Shown here one piece after another: positions 26,708 through 37,553 of a stretch of 64,000 nucleotides of DNA. Location of the stretch: contig CAVUZH010000025.1 in NCBI GenBank assembly GCA_963745835.1, forward strand, positions 64,001 through 128,000. The letters run 5' to 3'. Source of the DNA: an uncultured delta proteobacterium (lineage in GTDB: Bacteria; Desulfobacterota; Binatia; UBA9968). Numbering within the stretch: the first letter of the stretch is position 1; the number at the start of each line of letters is the position of its first letter. A model generated the notes under the pieces. The model ran no database searches. It saw nothing but the letters and a program-made list of their open reading frames with translations, and was not told the DNA's origin. A program made the position numbers and the translations under genes.

Positions 26708-28036
26708 ATGAAACCCGTTTTTTCATTACGGCAGGATGCCCGAGAAATATTCAATGCGGCGCTAACGGCGGCAGACGCGGCCAAAGCTGTTTCACGTCAT
26801 CTCAAAGTCGCTGGCGAGGCTATCGATATCGCCGGTCGGCTTTATTCCTTGCGCAGTTATAAACGGCTTTTCGTCATCGGGGCGGGGAAAGGCTCCGCTC
26901 TGATGTGTTGCGCTCTCGTAGAATTGATTGGAGATTGGCTTTACGGCGGAACTATCATAGCAAAATATGGCTATGCGGTTGCGATGAAGAAAATCACGAT
27001 CATCGAAGCCGGCCACCCGATTCCAGACGAGAATGGACTGCGAGCCACAGAACAGATAGTCCGCTTGTTGCGGCAGACCACGAGCGAAGATTTAGTAATA
27101 AATCTAATCTCCGGTGGCGGCTCGGCGTTGTTATGCAGTCCAGCGGATGGTATCTCTTTTCACGAGAAACAGGAGATCACACGACGCCTGTTAAGCTGCG
27201 GCGCGCCGATCGGCGAAATCAACGCGATCAGAAAGCACATTTCAAAAGTTAAAGGCGGCCGGCTCGCCAGACTTGCTTATCCATCGACGCTGATCTCGTT
27301 GATCTTGTCAGACGTGGTCGGAGATTCGATCTCAGCCATCGCTTCGGGTCCCACAGCGCCGGATCCGAGCACGTTCTCTGAGTGCCAGGTCATTCTTGAT
27401 CGCTATAAGCTCCGGACAGAAAAAGCTGTCTCGATCGCTAGATTGATCGACAAGGGCAGCGCGGGAGAGATCGAAGAAACTCCAAAGCCTGGCGATTCTA
27501 TATTCGATAACGTTATGAATGTGGTGGTCGGCAGTAATCGTCTTGCGGTGATCGCCGCGAAAGAGCAGGCCGAACGCTTAGGATATAGTGTCAAAGTGAT
27601 CGATAAGCTAGCTGAAGGTGAGGCGACTGAACTAGCCGTGGCTCATGCCGCAGTCGTCAAAAAAATTTATCATTCGGGGACGGTTCGGCGACCCGCTTGC
27701 GTCATCTCGGGGGGCGAGGCAACGGTAACGCTCCGTGGCGATGGGTTGGGCGGACGCAATCAAGAATTCGCGCTTGCAACCGCGCTGGAGATTGATGGTT
27801 TGGATCGCGTCGTCGCACTGATAGGTGGAACCGACGGCAGCGACGGCCCCACCGAGGCGGCAGGTGGGATCGTCGATGGCGGCACTGTTCGCAGGGGTGA
27901 AACTAAGGGTCTCGATGCGCGGGACTACCTCAGCAGAAACGACTCCTACCATTACCTGAAGGCAACGGATGATCTGCTAGTGACCGGACCGACCTTTACC
28001 AATGTGATGGATCTCCGCCTTTTTATCATTGATTAG
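26708..28036 (+). CDS. Glycerate 2-kinase, MOFRL family (TtuD-like)
   Basis: GAGKGS, EAGHPIPDENG, ISGGGSAL, RKHISKVKGGRLA, GGRNQE, GTDGSDGPT, TGPTFTNVMD. Confidence 0.93.
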   Translation: MKPVFSLRQDAREIFNAALTAADAAKAVSRHLKVAGEAIDIAGRLYSLRSYKRLFVIGAGKGSALMCCALVELIGDWLYGGTIIAKYGYAVAMKKITIIEAGHPIPDENGLRATEQIVRLLRQTTSEDLVINLISGGGSALLCSPADGISFHEKQEITRRLLSCGAPIGEINAIRKHISKVKGGRLARLAYPSTLISLILSDVVGDSISAIASGPTAPDPSTFSECQVILDRYKLRTEKAVSIARLIDKGSAGEIEETPKPGDSIFDNVMNVVVGSNRLAVIAAKEQAERLGYSVKVIDKLAEGEATELAVAHAAVVKKIYHSGTVRRPACVISGGEATVTLRGDGLGGRNQEFALATALEIDGLDRVVALIGGTDGSDGPTEAAGGIVDGGTVRRGETKGLDARDYLSRNDSYHYLKATDDLLVTGPTFTNVMDLRLFIID

Positions 28037-28253
28037 CGAGTTGAACTAGGCGAAAGTCATGCGATTCATCGTTTGAGCGCTGTTTCACCACGCAAAATTG
28101 GGACTTGGCGACGTGACTCTTAAGAGCATCCGAAGCGGACGATTTGGCAAAACGGGTTGATTTCGAATCTGTTCATGATTAAAGTGCCCGTTTCCTGGTA
28201 ATCCGGTTTACGGATCAGGACCGCGACTCAAAAATAATTGCCGGGAGTTGAAA

Positions 28254-28469
28254 ATGATTGATGTGAGTTTGCGCGGAGTCAGATGCCGGGCGGCGCAAGA
28301 AATTCTTGATACCGACGGCACGGTCGATATCGCCACCGAGGGAACAATTGTCTATGAACTCGAGGGTGAAGGCGGGCAGCTTGTGAGTGTCCAATGGGAC
28401 ACCGGAACAACTTGCTTAGTTTCTTCCGAGGAGATCGAAATAACCGACAGCAGCGTAAGCTGGCAGTAA
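28254..28469 (+). CDS. Small acidic hypothetical protein (possible SH3-like barrel)
   Basis: GGGAG RBS; EGTIVYE...VSVQWDTG...EEIE pattern. Confidence 0.5.
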   Translation: MIDVSLRGVRCRAAQEILDTDGTVDIATEGTIVYELEGEGGQLVSVQWDTGTTCLVSSEEIEITDSSVSWQ

Positions 28470-28500
28470 TCACATTGGTGGCAAGTTGGAGCGGCATGCG

Positions 28501-30966
28501 TCAAGTGCCGCTTAGATTGCGACGGAACTCTATTGACGCCGAACTCGGTAGTTTGATAGCCAGCTTTCGCGCTAAATCTTCAAAAATAATCAGCCATTCT
28601 TCTGCTGTTTGCTCACCTTCGATGTGACGCTTTTGCATCTGGAGATAAAGCGATTGCATCAAGACATAAAAAATGTTCTGCACTCGCCATAAATCGACAG
28701 GAAAAGGCAGCTTGACGAGTAACCCAGTTGCCTCCCGGAGTTCCCGCAGGACAGATACCGTCGGTGTTCGCGCTAGGCAATTGGTCAACCGTTCCAAATT
28801 CTGGCGATAGGCGAACTCCAAAGTAGGCGCATCGAGCGTTACTCCAGCGATTTTCGCGGATTCCAATAAAGCAGTGACACGTTCGGAATTGATCTCTCGC
28901 TTTTGAAGTGCCCGGCGCAAATCGCCATTGAGTACCAGTTCTGCTGCCGCTGTAAAGGCCCTCGGTAGCGGAATATGCAGATCCGTCAGGTAGCGCATAA
29001 CCGGCCCACGTTGCTCGTAAATTTGCCGGTATAACGTCTCGGTTTGGCCCAAGGCCGAAGCTAAAATGCTTTCAATTACGGTTCTCTGTTCTTCCCGAAA
29101 AAGCGATCGCAGAGAGTAATTGGACTCACCGAAGCAACGATCCATGATTCGAATCACTTCGGCGAAATCAGCGCGAGTGAATGAAGCGACCGATTCACCG
29201 ACGAGGCTTTGGTAGAGTCTATCCGGCATGAACTCCTGAACTCCACCATTTACGTTGTGGTCGCCCATGTGCAGCACTCCAAAGCTCAGTATCGATGATT
29301 CTAGAGTGATTTCGCTGGTTAGCTTTACACGGCCGACGGCTAGTCTGGCTGTGCCGGCGTTGAAGACTTGATAATCGTCGCGTTCTGCCCGAAAGCAGTA
29401 GATTGAAGTTTTGTCCGGATAGCTTTCAAACAGTGAGCGTACCGCGTAATGCGCGCCGATTCGCTCCCAGTTGATCATTGCCGTGCGCACGAGCTGGTAA
29501 TAAATGTCCCTTCCCCCGCCGCGCTCCGATTGATTGGTTCTTGCAACAGATAGTTTCTCAACAAACTGAGACTCCGGTGATTCGCCGAACAACTCCTGGC
29601 TCAATTGAACAACCCGCGCGGCATACTGAATGATTTGCACGGTTTCTATCCCCAACAGATCATCGAAGAACCAACCACAGCTGGTATACATCAGCATGGC
29701 ATGCCGCTGAAGCTCAAGCAGCTTGAGTGCGGTTACTCTGGAGCTGGCGTCGAGCGGACCAATCGCATGACGTGAAAAGAAGCGTTCGACGATTTCGGCC
29801 GCTCGGTTGTGAACGACATCTATATAATCGTCGCGGGCTGCCCAAGGATCCTTTAAAAACTTGCCGGCTTGTGTGTCGAAAGATTCTGAAAGCGAATCGC
29901 GCAACCAATCCAACGCGTTGCGCAGTGGTGTTCGCCACTCCTGATTCCAGTTCGGATGCGCGCCCGTATTGCAGCCGCAGTTGCTCCACCATCGATCGAT
30001 GCCATGGAAACAACTCCAGGAGCTTTTTTCGATGATTTCAACTTGTTGGGTTGGCGGGTGCCGCTCCAGGTATTCGCCATAGTTGGTCAGCCGCGCCAAC
30101 TTCTTGGCTTCGATTTGGTTCAGGGCATAAGCCAAGGCCATGTCACCGAAACGATGATGATGCCCATAGCTCTCGCCGTCGGTTGCGATATGTACCAGTT
30201 GCGGCCAACGCCGTTGATCCGAAAATGCGCCGACGAGTCTGTCCGCGAAATGATCGCCGCGCGTCAGTAAACCTTCAAAAGCTACGGCCCGCGCAATCGG
30301 TCCGTCATAAAAAAATAGTCCAATGCTTTTACCGGAAGCTAGCTGTTGTAGGTAGGGCCGAGTCGGATCAATTTTTGCTCCAGTCACATCTTGCCATAGC
30401 CGCGCGCCGGCGCGCAGCACTCGCGACGCCTGGTGCGGCGCAAGGATCGTAAAGCGAATCCCTTCTTCCGCCAAAATCTGCAGTGTTTCCAAATCCACGG
30501 CCGTTTCCGGTAACCAAATCCCTTCGGGCCTGCGCTTGAAACGGCGTTCAAAATCACCGATCCCCCATAGAACTTGTGTCCGTCGATCTCGCCGACTGGC
30601 GAGCGGCAATATGATGTGGTTGTAAGGTTGAGCGATCGCTGAGCCATGGCCGGCAAACTTGTGCATGCTCAGACGATCCGCGGATAAGATTGCTTCGTAA
30701 ACTTCCGGTTCGTTGTTCTCTAGCCACTGAAGCAAAGTCGGGCCGAAATTGAAACTCATTCTAGAGTAGTTGTTGACTAGCTGAACGATTCGACCCTGAT
30801 CGTCCAGGATCCGCGCTACGGAATTCGGCGCATAACATTCAGCGGTGATGCGCTGATTCCAATCGTGGTAGGGATAGGCGGAATCCTGTAGCTCGACTGT
30901 TTCCAACCAGGCATTTTCTCGCGGCGGCTGATAAAAGTGTCCGTGAATGCAAACGTAACGTTCCAT
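28501..30966 (-). CDS. GH57 glycoside hydrolase with DUF3536
   Basis: IHGHFYQPPRENAW, GIWLPETAVD, ATDGESYGHH, MYTSCGWFFDD. Confidence 0.93.
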   Translation of the reverse strand: MERYVCIHGHFYQPPRENAWLETVELQDSAYPYHDWNQRITAECYAPNSVARILDDQGRIVQLVNNYSRMSFNFGPTLLQWLENNEPEVYEAILSADRLSMHKFAGHGSAIAQPYNHIILPLASRRDRRTQVLWGIGDFERRFKRRPEGIWLPETAVDLETLQILAEEGIRFTILAPHQASRVLRAGARLWQDVTGAKIDPTRPYLQQLASGKSIGLFFYDGPIARAVAFEGLLTRGDHFADRLVGAFSDQRRWPQLVHIATDGESYGHHHRFGDMALAYALNQIEAKKLARLTNYGEYLERHPPTQQVEIIEKSSWSCFHGIDRWWSNCGCNTGAHPNWNQEWRTPLRNALDWLRDSLSESFDTQAGKFLKDPWAARDDYIDVVHNRAAEIVERFFSRHAIGPLDASSRVTALKLLELQRHAMLMYTSCGWFFDDLLGIETVQIIQYAARVVQLSQELFGESPESQFVEKLSVARTNQSERGGGRDIYYQLVRTAMINWERIGAHYAVRSLFESYPDKTSIYCFRAERDDYQVFNAGTARLAVGRVKLTSEITLESSILSFGVLHMGDHNVNGGVQEFMPDRLYQSLVGESVASFTRADFAEVIRIMDRCFGESNYSLRSLFREEQRTVIESILASALGQTETLYRQIYEQRGPVMRYLTDLHIPLPRAFTAAAELVLNGDLRRALQKREINSERVTALLESAKIAGVTLDAPTLEFAYRQNLERLTNCLARTPTVSVLRELREATGLLVKLPFPVDLWRVQNIFYVLMQSLYLQMQKRHIEGEQTAEEWLIIFEDLARKLAIKLPSSASIEFRRNLSGT

Positions 30967-31087
30967 CTAGTTGATCCGATTTAAATGATAAATGCGGGAT
31001 GACATGGTCGAGAAGAGTGAGCCAGGTGAAAGTAACGTTCTAATAGGAGAAACTGGGCAAGAGCGTTCCGACCGAGCGACGCTGCCA

Positions 31088-32335
31088 TCAAGGGTTGGTC
31101 ATGATCCAGCTGGTCTTGCGTTCACCTCGAGCCACCACGACAATACCGGTTTCCGAGACGAAATAATGCTCCTTATCATGGGCGGCATCGTAGCCAATCT
31201 GCGTTCCCGAGGGGATGACATTGGACTTGTCGATGATAGCATTGCGAATTTTGCAGTTACGACCAATCTCCACCCAATCCATAATCACTGAATTTTCGAT
31301 TTCGCTATAGCTGTGAATCCTAACATTTCTACCAACGACACAATTTCGTACCAAGCTTCCACTCACTATGGTTCCTTCCGACACAATGGAGTTGAGCGCC
31401 ATGCCTTTGCGATCGTACCAATCAAACACAAATTTGGCCGGCGGATCGCCGGACCCCACCGTGCGCAACGGCCAACTCCGATTGTAAAGATTGAATGATG
31501 GGTCGACCGAGCATAAATCCATATTAGCTTCGTAGTACGCTTCGATGGTTCCGAGATCACGCCAATAACTGGCTTCCTCTCCCTTGAAGGGGACCGGTAC
31601 ACGATTCCTGCGAAAATCATAGGCGAAAACCTTTTGATCCCGAATGAGATCCGGAAGCAGATTTCTCCCAAAGTCGTGAACGCTGCGGTTGTTTTTGGCG
31701 TCGGCGACGAGAGCGGGAACCAGCACGTCGGTATTGAACAGATAATTGCCCATCGAGACCAGCGCATAATCCGGCTCGCCTGGGATAGATTTTGGCCGGA
31801 TCGGCTTTTCATCAAAGCCGACGATGCGCCAATCCGCGTCCACTTCAATGACACCAAACGCGCTGGCCTCGTTGATTTTCACCGGTAGCGCGGCAACTGT
31901 AGTCGCGGCATTCCTCCGCTGGTGCTCGTCGATCATCTGCCGGATGTTCATTCGATAGATGTGATCGGCGCCGAAAATTGCCACTACCCTCGGGTTGTGC
32001 CGTTCAATCAAATACAAATTCTGGTACACGGAGTCTGCAGTGCCCTGGTACCATTCGAATCCCATGCGCATCTGGGCCGGCACGGCGGTGACGAAATGTT
32101 CGCCCAAGAAATCGGTGCTGCGCCACCCTCGATCTAGATGTTCGAGCAGGGACTGCGCTTTGAATTGAGTCAAAACATAAATCGATAGAATGCCTGAGTT
32201 AACGAAGTTGGAAAGAACGAAGTCGATGATCCGATATCTTCCGCCGAACGGCACTGCGGGCTTGGCCCGATCCTGAGTTAAAGGAAAAAGCCGTTCACCT
32301 CTACCCCCGGCTAGCACAACCCCTAAGACATACAT
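31088..32335 (-). CDS. glgC: Glucose-1-phosphate adenylyltransferase
   Basis: LAGGRGERLFPLTQDRAKPAVPFGGRYRIIDF, WYQGTADSV, SMGNYLF, YWRDLGT. Confidence 0.97.
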   Translation of the reverse strand: MYVLGVVLAGGRGERLFPLTQDRAKPAVPFGGRYRIIDFVLSNFVNSGILSIYVLTQFKAQSLLEHLDRGWRSTDFLGEHFVTAVPAQMRMGFEWYQGTADSVYQNLYLIERHNPRVVAIFGADHIYRMNIRQMIDEHQRRNAATTVAALPVKINEASAFGVIEVDADWRIVGFDEKPIRPKSIPGEPDYALVSMGNYLFNTDVLVPALVADAKNNRSVHDFGRNLLPDLIRDQKVFAYDFRRNRVPVPFKGEEASYWRDLGTIEAYYEANMDLCSVDPSFNLYNRSWPLRTVGSGDPPAKFVFDWYDRKGMALNSIVSEGTIVSGSLVRNCVVGRNVRIHSYSEIENSVIMDWVEIGRNCKIRNAIIDKSNVIPSGTQIGYDAAHDKEHYFVSETGIVVVARGERKTSWIMTNP

Positions 32336-32356
32336 TGATCGCCTCGTATCTCGAGC

Positions 32357-33796
32357 TTAAGCCAGGAGCTTTTGGTAAATCTCGCTATACGCGCGCGCGG
32401 AACGATCCCATGAGAAATCCATGGTCATCGCTCGGCGCTGTAACGCAATCCAGGATTTCTTGTCGGGAAATAGTTCCAAAGCACGATCAATCGTTTTCAA
32501 AAGCTCCTGCGCTTCGTAGGCTTCGAACACAAAGCCGGTGCCAGCTGATCGCTCAGCGTTGTAATCTTCTACCGAATCCTTCAAGCCGCCGACGGCGCGC
32601 ACGATCGGAATTGTACCATATTTTAAACTGAACATCTGATTCAATCCGCAGGGTTCAAAGAGCGAAGGCATCAGAAAGATGTCCGCGCCGGCTTCAATCT
32701 GGTGCGCCAGCGCTTCATCGAATCCAATGCGTACTCCTACCTTGCCTGGGAATTGCGCCGCTGCACGATGAAAAAAATCTTCATAGCGGCTTTCACCGGT
32801 TCCCAACAATACAAATTGGACATCTCGTTGGATCAGCGTGTCGAAACTTTTTTCAACGAGGTCAACGCCTTTTTGCGAGGTCAACCGAGAGATTATGCCA
32901 AACAGAGGCACGCCGGGTTTAATTGCCAGTCCCATAGTTCGCTGCAGGTTGTCTTTGCAAAGCGGCTTACCGTCGAGACTGTCTTCGCTATACTGCTTGG
33001 CAATTAATGGATCGACCGCGGGATTCCATTGATTGTAGTCGACGCCGTTCAAAATGCCGATGAGATCGTTCCCTCGCTGCTGGAGCACGCCTTCAAGCCC
33101 GAATCCCTGCTCCCTCGTCATGATCTCGGCAGCATGAGTCGGACTCACGGTGGTTATCTTGTCGGCAAAGATGAGGCCTCCCTTCAGAAGACAAAAATTC
33201 TGGTAAAACTCAAGGTAGGCGGGGCTGAAGAGATACTCGTCAAGATTCAAATAGTGCCAGTCGGGGCGCCAAAAATTTCCCTGGAACGCGATGTTGTGCA
33301 CGGTTAAAACTGTTTTCGCCGAGGCGATCTCCGGGTACCGCAATGGTTGCGTCTTTAAGAATACCGGCGCTAGAGCCGTCTGCCAGTCATGGCAGTGAAT
33401 GATCTCTACATTTTCATGGCGCAAGATCTCCAATGCGCTACGGGTGAAAAAAACAAATCTGGCAAGATTATCGGCATAATCGCCTTGCTTTGTTCCGTAC
33501 AGAGATTCGCGATCGAAATAACGGTCGGCGCGAACTAAGTAAACAATCACGTCACGTCCCAATTTGGTTTTCAGGATCGTAGCCGTTTCCTGTCGATCTG
33601 AAAGCGGAACGGAGACGTCCAGCGATACGTTCCTCAAAGCGAAGCCGCCCTGGAGAGTCGAACGATAAGCCGGCATGATCAAGCAAAGCTTGTGTCCGAG
33701 TTGTTCCAGCGCAATTGATAAACTTCCGACCACGTCGGCCAAACCTCCAGTCTTAGCGAATGGAGAAATCTCAGATGATATTACGCCAATTTTCAT
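32357..33796 (-). CDS. glgA: Glycogen synthase
   Basis: KTGGLADV, HCHDWQ, SRLTSQKG, MPSLFEPCGLNQ; start taken at MKIGVISSE. Confidence 0.97.
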   Translation of the reverse strand: MKIGVISSEISPFAKTGGLADVVGSLSIALEQLGHKLCLIMPAYRSTLQGGFALRNVSLDVSVPLSDRQETATILKTKLGRDVIVYLVRADRYFDRESLYGTKQGDYADNLARFVFFTRSALEILRHENVEIIHCHDWQTALAPVFLKTQPLRYPEIASAKTVLTVHNIAFQGNFWRPDWHYLNLDEYLFSPAYLEFYQNFCLLKGGLIFADKITTVSPTHAAEIMTREQGFGLEGVLQQRGNDLIGILNGVDYNQWNPAVDPLIAKQYSEDSLDGKPLCKDNLQRTMGLAIKPGVPLFGIISRLTSQKGVDLVEKSFDTLIQRDVQFVLLGTGESRYEDFFHRAAAQFPGKVGVRIGFDEALAHQIEAGADIFLMPSLFEPCGLNQMFSLKYGTIPIVRAVGGLKDSVEDYNAERSAGTGFVFEAYEAQELLKTIDRALELFPDKKSWIALQRRAMTMDFSWDRSARAYSEIYQKLLA

Positions 33797-34298
33797 ATGA
33801 TGTGTCGATGCCACGTGCTCGTTTTTGTCATCGCGCACTAGCCGCAGCGAGATGTCTCTTTATTGGTCCATTTGAAGACGCAAGCTTGTGACCGCTACCG
33901 CTCTACCTTGTGGACTCGTGGAATTTCTGTGCCCGCAAATCTATTCTGTCTTGAATCTCTTTCTCGCGCTATAACTTTTTAAATTCGTTTCAGTGGTTTG
34001 TTCCTGAGTTAACAATGGGTGGTCTCCACTGTTGTCTATCGCAATTGCGGCATGCGCGTAAACCAACCGATACCTTTAGCCAGTTGACTGGCAAACCAAA
34101 GAAGTGGACGCAGGAGAGAACGACAGACTTAAACGCGCAGCCCGCTCTTGTAAATACCGGCGATCATTGCAGCTCCACTACAGGCATAATTTAAGGCACA
34201 CGCGGTCACCTCAGGTTGGGCGAAACAACCCCAATGAATGGTCTGCGAAGGACGCAGAGTATGATTATCTGTACACTTAGCCCTACATATGTCAAAAG

Positions 34299-34312
34299 TG
34301 GCCGATCGGCCA
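34299..34312. promoter_or_regulatory. Perfect 14-bp palindrome, candidate activator site
   Basis: TGGCCGATCGGCCA, ~180 bp upstream of the sigma54 promoter. Confidence 0.3.
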
Positions 34313-34488
34313 TTCGCATCCTTTTTGTCTCTTACGGCCCGGCAATCAGGAGCTCCCTATACTTCAGGCAACAGCGACAATAATACCAGCCTTATTTGGC
34401 CGAAAAAGGGAATGCTGGGATTCCTGAAAAATACCTAAAACGCTAAATTTCCATTGCTAAACAAGGACATCTGTGGGAAATTAGGCAG

Positions 34489-34504
34489 TGGCATCGCACT
34501 TGCT
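34489..34504 (+). promoter_or_regulatory. sigma54 (-24/-12) promoter of the EPS operon
   Basis: TGGCATCGCACTTGCT with exact GG-N10-GC spacing, directly upstream of the first gene. Confidence 0.75.
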
Positions 34505-34524
34505 CAGTGTTTTAGCCTGTCGGG

Positions 34525-35097
34525 GTGTATAGGGTGGAGAATTTGCAACGCGATTGGTACGTCATCTACAGCAAGCCTCATAAAGAGGAACAAGCGCAGT
34601 TCCATCTTGGTCTCAAAGGCGTGGAGACTTTCTTTCCCCGATTACATTTGCCCGGACCGGTTGAAAAAAAGAAACGGCTAATCCCGCTGTTTCCCAACTA
34701 CCTATTTGCCTGTATCCATCTTCCTACCGAATATCACTCTGTAATTTGGGCGCCTGGCGTTAAAAAGATCGTCTGTTTCAGCGATACGCCGGTGCCGATT
34801 GAAGACAACGTAATTCGCTTTCTTCAGCAGAACGCGGATGACAAGGGAGTCATTCAGGCCCGGTCGCAATTACGACGAGGCCAGGAAATTGAAGTAACCG
34901 GTGGACCCTTCAACGGTTTGATGGGGATCATCCAGGATCCCCCCGATGCCAGGGGGCGAATCAAAATTCTTCTCAAGCTTTTGAGCCGACAAATAACTGT
35001 GAAATTGGGCGTTGAGTTTATCAAGGCAGAGCATACTGCCTTCGGCCCGCCAATCCGGGCAGACATAGGAACTGGTTTCGTTTCAGCCGCTAGCTGA
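34525..35097 (+). CDS. NusG-paralogue transcription antiterminator (RfaH/UpxY-like)
   Basis: WYVIYSKPHKE, PLFPNYLF (NGN domain), GQEIEVTGGPFNGLMG (KOW); first gene of a polysaccharide operon; start may be 34534. Confidence 0.9.
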   Translation: MYRVENLQRDWYVIYSKPHKEEQAQFHLGLKGVETFFPRLHLPGPVEKKKRLIPLFPNYLFACIHLPTEYHSVIWAPGVKKIVCFSDTPVPIEDNVIRFLQQNADDKGVIQARSQLRRGQEIEVTGGPFNGLMGIIQDPPDARGRIKILLKLLSRQITVKLGVEFIKAEHTAFGPPIRADIGTGFVSAAS

Positions 35098-35209
35098 AGG
35101 ACCATTTCCGTTTAGGTGTTTAAACGAAGGATTTTTAATCTGAAGGGCGGAGCTGTATCTACTACTCGGATTCTTATGTCCATATGCCCGACGAATTGGA
35201 GGGTTTGAA

Positions 35210-35958
35210 ATGAGGATAAGTCCGATTATGTCGCGCTGTATAAATGCACGTTCAGGTTTCTTGTTAGCCGTCTTACTGGTTAATGGCTGTTCCAGCCCAG
35301 CGTCAAATATCCCGGAGCTCACTCCGGAACGGCTGGTTGCCGAAGCCAGCGTCTCAGGCGCCGCTCGAGAAAACTTACAAGATGGTTCCTTATGATCAGA
35401 TCAATGTGAGATTTACCTATCATCCGGAATCGGATCCGAAAGCGCCAATTTCGATCAGACCCGACGGGCAAATCATGCTGGACGGCGTGGGTTCGATCCG
35501 CGCTGCCGGGATTAACGCCGGAAGAACTAGGCAAAGAGATCGCTACGCCAAAAGTTCAAAACGGCTGAGGGATCCTGAGGTAATCGTTACAGTGTGCTCA
35601 GTTTACTCCAAGAAAGATCTATGTTGGGGGACAGGTAAAGACTCCGGGCATAGTTCAGTTTCAAGGTGACATGACTCCGATTCAAGCTATTTTCGATCGG
35701 GGTGGGTTTACGCCTGAAGCGCAAATTGATAGCGTCATCCTTATACGCGACACCGGTGCTCCCGAGCCGGTTATAGGGCGGATCAATGCGATGCAGAGCT
35801 TGGAAGGAGGCGTTCCTGAAAGAATCAGTCTGTTAACGAACGACGTCATTTATGTTCCGATGTCGGGCATCAGCACAACTAATCAATGGATCAAGCAACA
35901 TCTGCGTGAAATCATGCCAATCGAGCTTTTGGGTCTCGGGTATCTATTCGGTAGCTGA
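35210..35958 (+). CDS. wza: Polysaccharide export (OPX/Wza-like) lipoprotein, short form, frameshifted
   Basis: Lipobox VNGC, YKMVPYDQINVRF, IRPDGQIML, LRDPEVIV, SLBB-like MTPIQAIFDRGGF, DVIYVP. Confidence 0.8.
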
Positions 35959-35998
35959 GAACCACAATCGATTTCTGTCTGGGAGACAAGGAACGCTC

Positions 35999-37523
35999 AT
36001 GGATTTTCTCCAGGTCGACGGTAAAGAAATTCCGCTTTTAGAGGCGCCACAAAAGTATGAAGCCCCGCCCCGGCGCATTCTCTATGTTTTGTTCAAGCAA
36101 AAGAGATTAATCTGCGCAATTTTTCTCGCCTTAAGTGTGCCGGCGTTCATCTATTTGCTCCTCAAGCCCGTGGAATATACCGCGACCGCGAAAGGTTCTA
36201 GTCAAACCAAGTCGAGAGTTTCTCAACGTTTCGCCGAGTAATACGGGGTACGGCAATGCTGGGATAAGCCTACTTCCTTCGCCTGAGATTATTAATACTG
36301 AGGTTCAGATCATCAAGAGTCCGCAGTTGGCCGAACGGCTGGTGAAGGACGTGCCGTTTCCGGACGAGGACGGAAATATCCCGCACACGCTCAGTGAAGC
36401 TCAAGTAAAGTACCAGGCCCGCTGGATGAAGTCTTTGATTGTCGCGACGCCCGATAAGAAATCTACTGTAATCGATATTAGCATCACCACTCCGTACCAG
36501 CAGGATTGGACGGCAAAGGCGGTTAATCGTGCTGCCGAGCTATATCTCGAAGAGCATCTCAAGGTTCATAAAACACAAGGCGTCGGAGAGTTCTACGACC
36601 AACAGGAAAAAAAGCTCCGGCTGCAATTGACGCAAGCAGAAGAAGCGCTCCAGGCGTTTCAGGAAAAAGAAAACATTATCGATGCTCCGGCCGAAATTAC
36701 TGCCGATCTCAGTGCGTGGGCGACCTTTGACAAGTCATTGAAGCAAACTGAGTCAGAGATCCGAGAAACCGAGCAGAAGGTAGCGGTTCTCGACGATCAG
36801 TTGAAGCAACAGAAGGCTACAATTTCTTCATCGACGAGCATTACAGAGAACCCAGTCTACATGCAGATCCGAAACCGGCTCACGCAACTCGAGTTGGAAC
36901 GGGACGGTCTTCTGCAGCGCTACACTCCTGAAGATCGCATGGTCAAAGACAAACAAAAAGAAATCGATGACTTGAAGAAGAAACTTGAAACGGTCAAGCC
37001 GACGTCGGTGGGATCGGAAAGCATCAGCCTTAATGATGTGCACCGGCGAATCCTCAACGAGTTGCTGGGAGCTCGCGTTCAGCTCAAAGCTTTAAACGAG
37101 AAGAAAGCCGCGTTGACCAAGCAGGTGGAAAACTACTCCTCCGGCGCAGCAGATAAAAAGCGCAAAGGTTTCGAATATGACCGTCTGCTGCGCGAGGTGA
37201 ATGTCAAGAAAGCGAATCTTGATCTCTATAGGCAAAAAGCCGAAGAGGCACGAATTTCCGACGCCATGGACGAGCAGAAATTCAGCAACGCTTACATTCT
37301 CGAGCGCGCCAGTCCGCCGCTACGCAAGGCGGGTAGAGGCTTTATGGTTCTGGCAATCCTCACACTCATTGCCTCGGCGGGCGCAGCCATAGCGGCAGCC
37401 TTTGGCATCGAATATTTCAATAGTACATTGCGAAACGAAAGCGATATAGAAGACCAAATCGGGTTGCCGGTACTGGCAACCATCCAAAATTACGGGGATT
37501 TCAATCCCGCCCCTTTCAAATAA
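35999..37523 (+). CDS. wzc: Polysaccharide co-polymerase (Wzc/GumC N-terminal part), frameshift near 36190
   Basis: Two TM segments flanking a long coiled coil; INTEVQIIKS; IEDQIGLPVLATI. Confidence 0.85.
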
Positions 37524-37553
37524 CATCAAGCTACTACAAGATCTGGGGGTATT

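Noticed and set aside
33879-33903. ops-like GCGGTAGCG and a weak GG-N10-GC promoter on the minus strand before glgA
   Set aside because: Wrong strand for the NusG-paralogue operon, imperfect matches and plausible by chance
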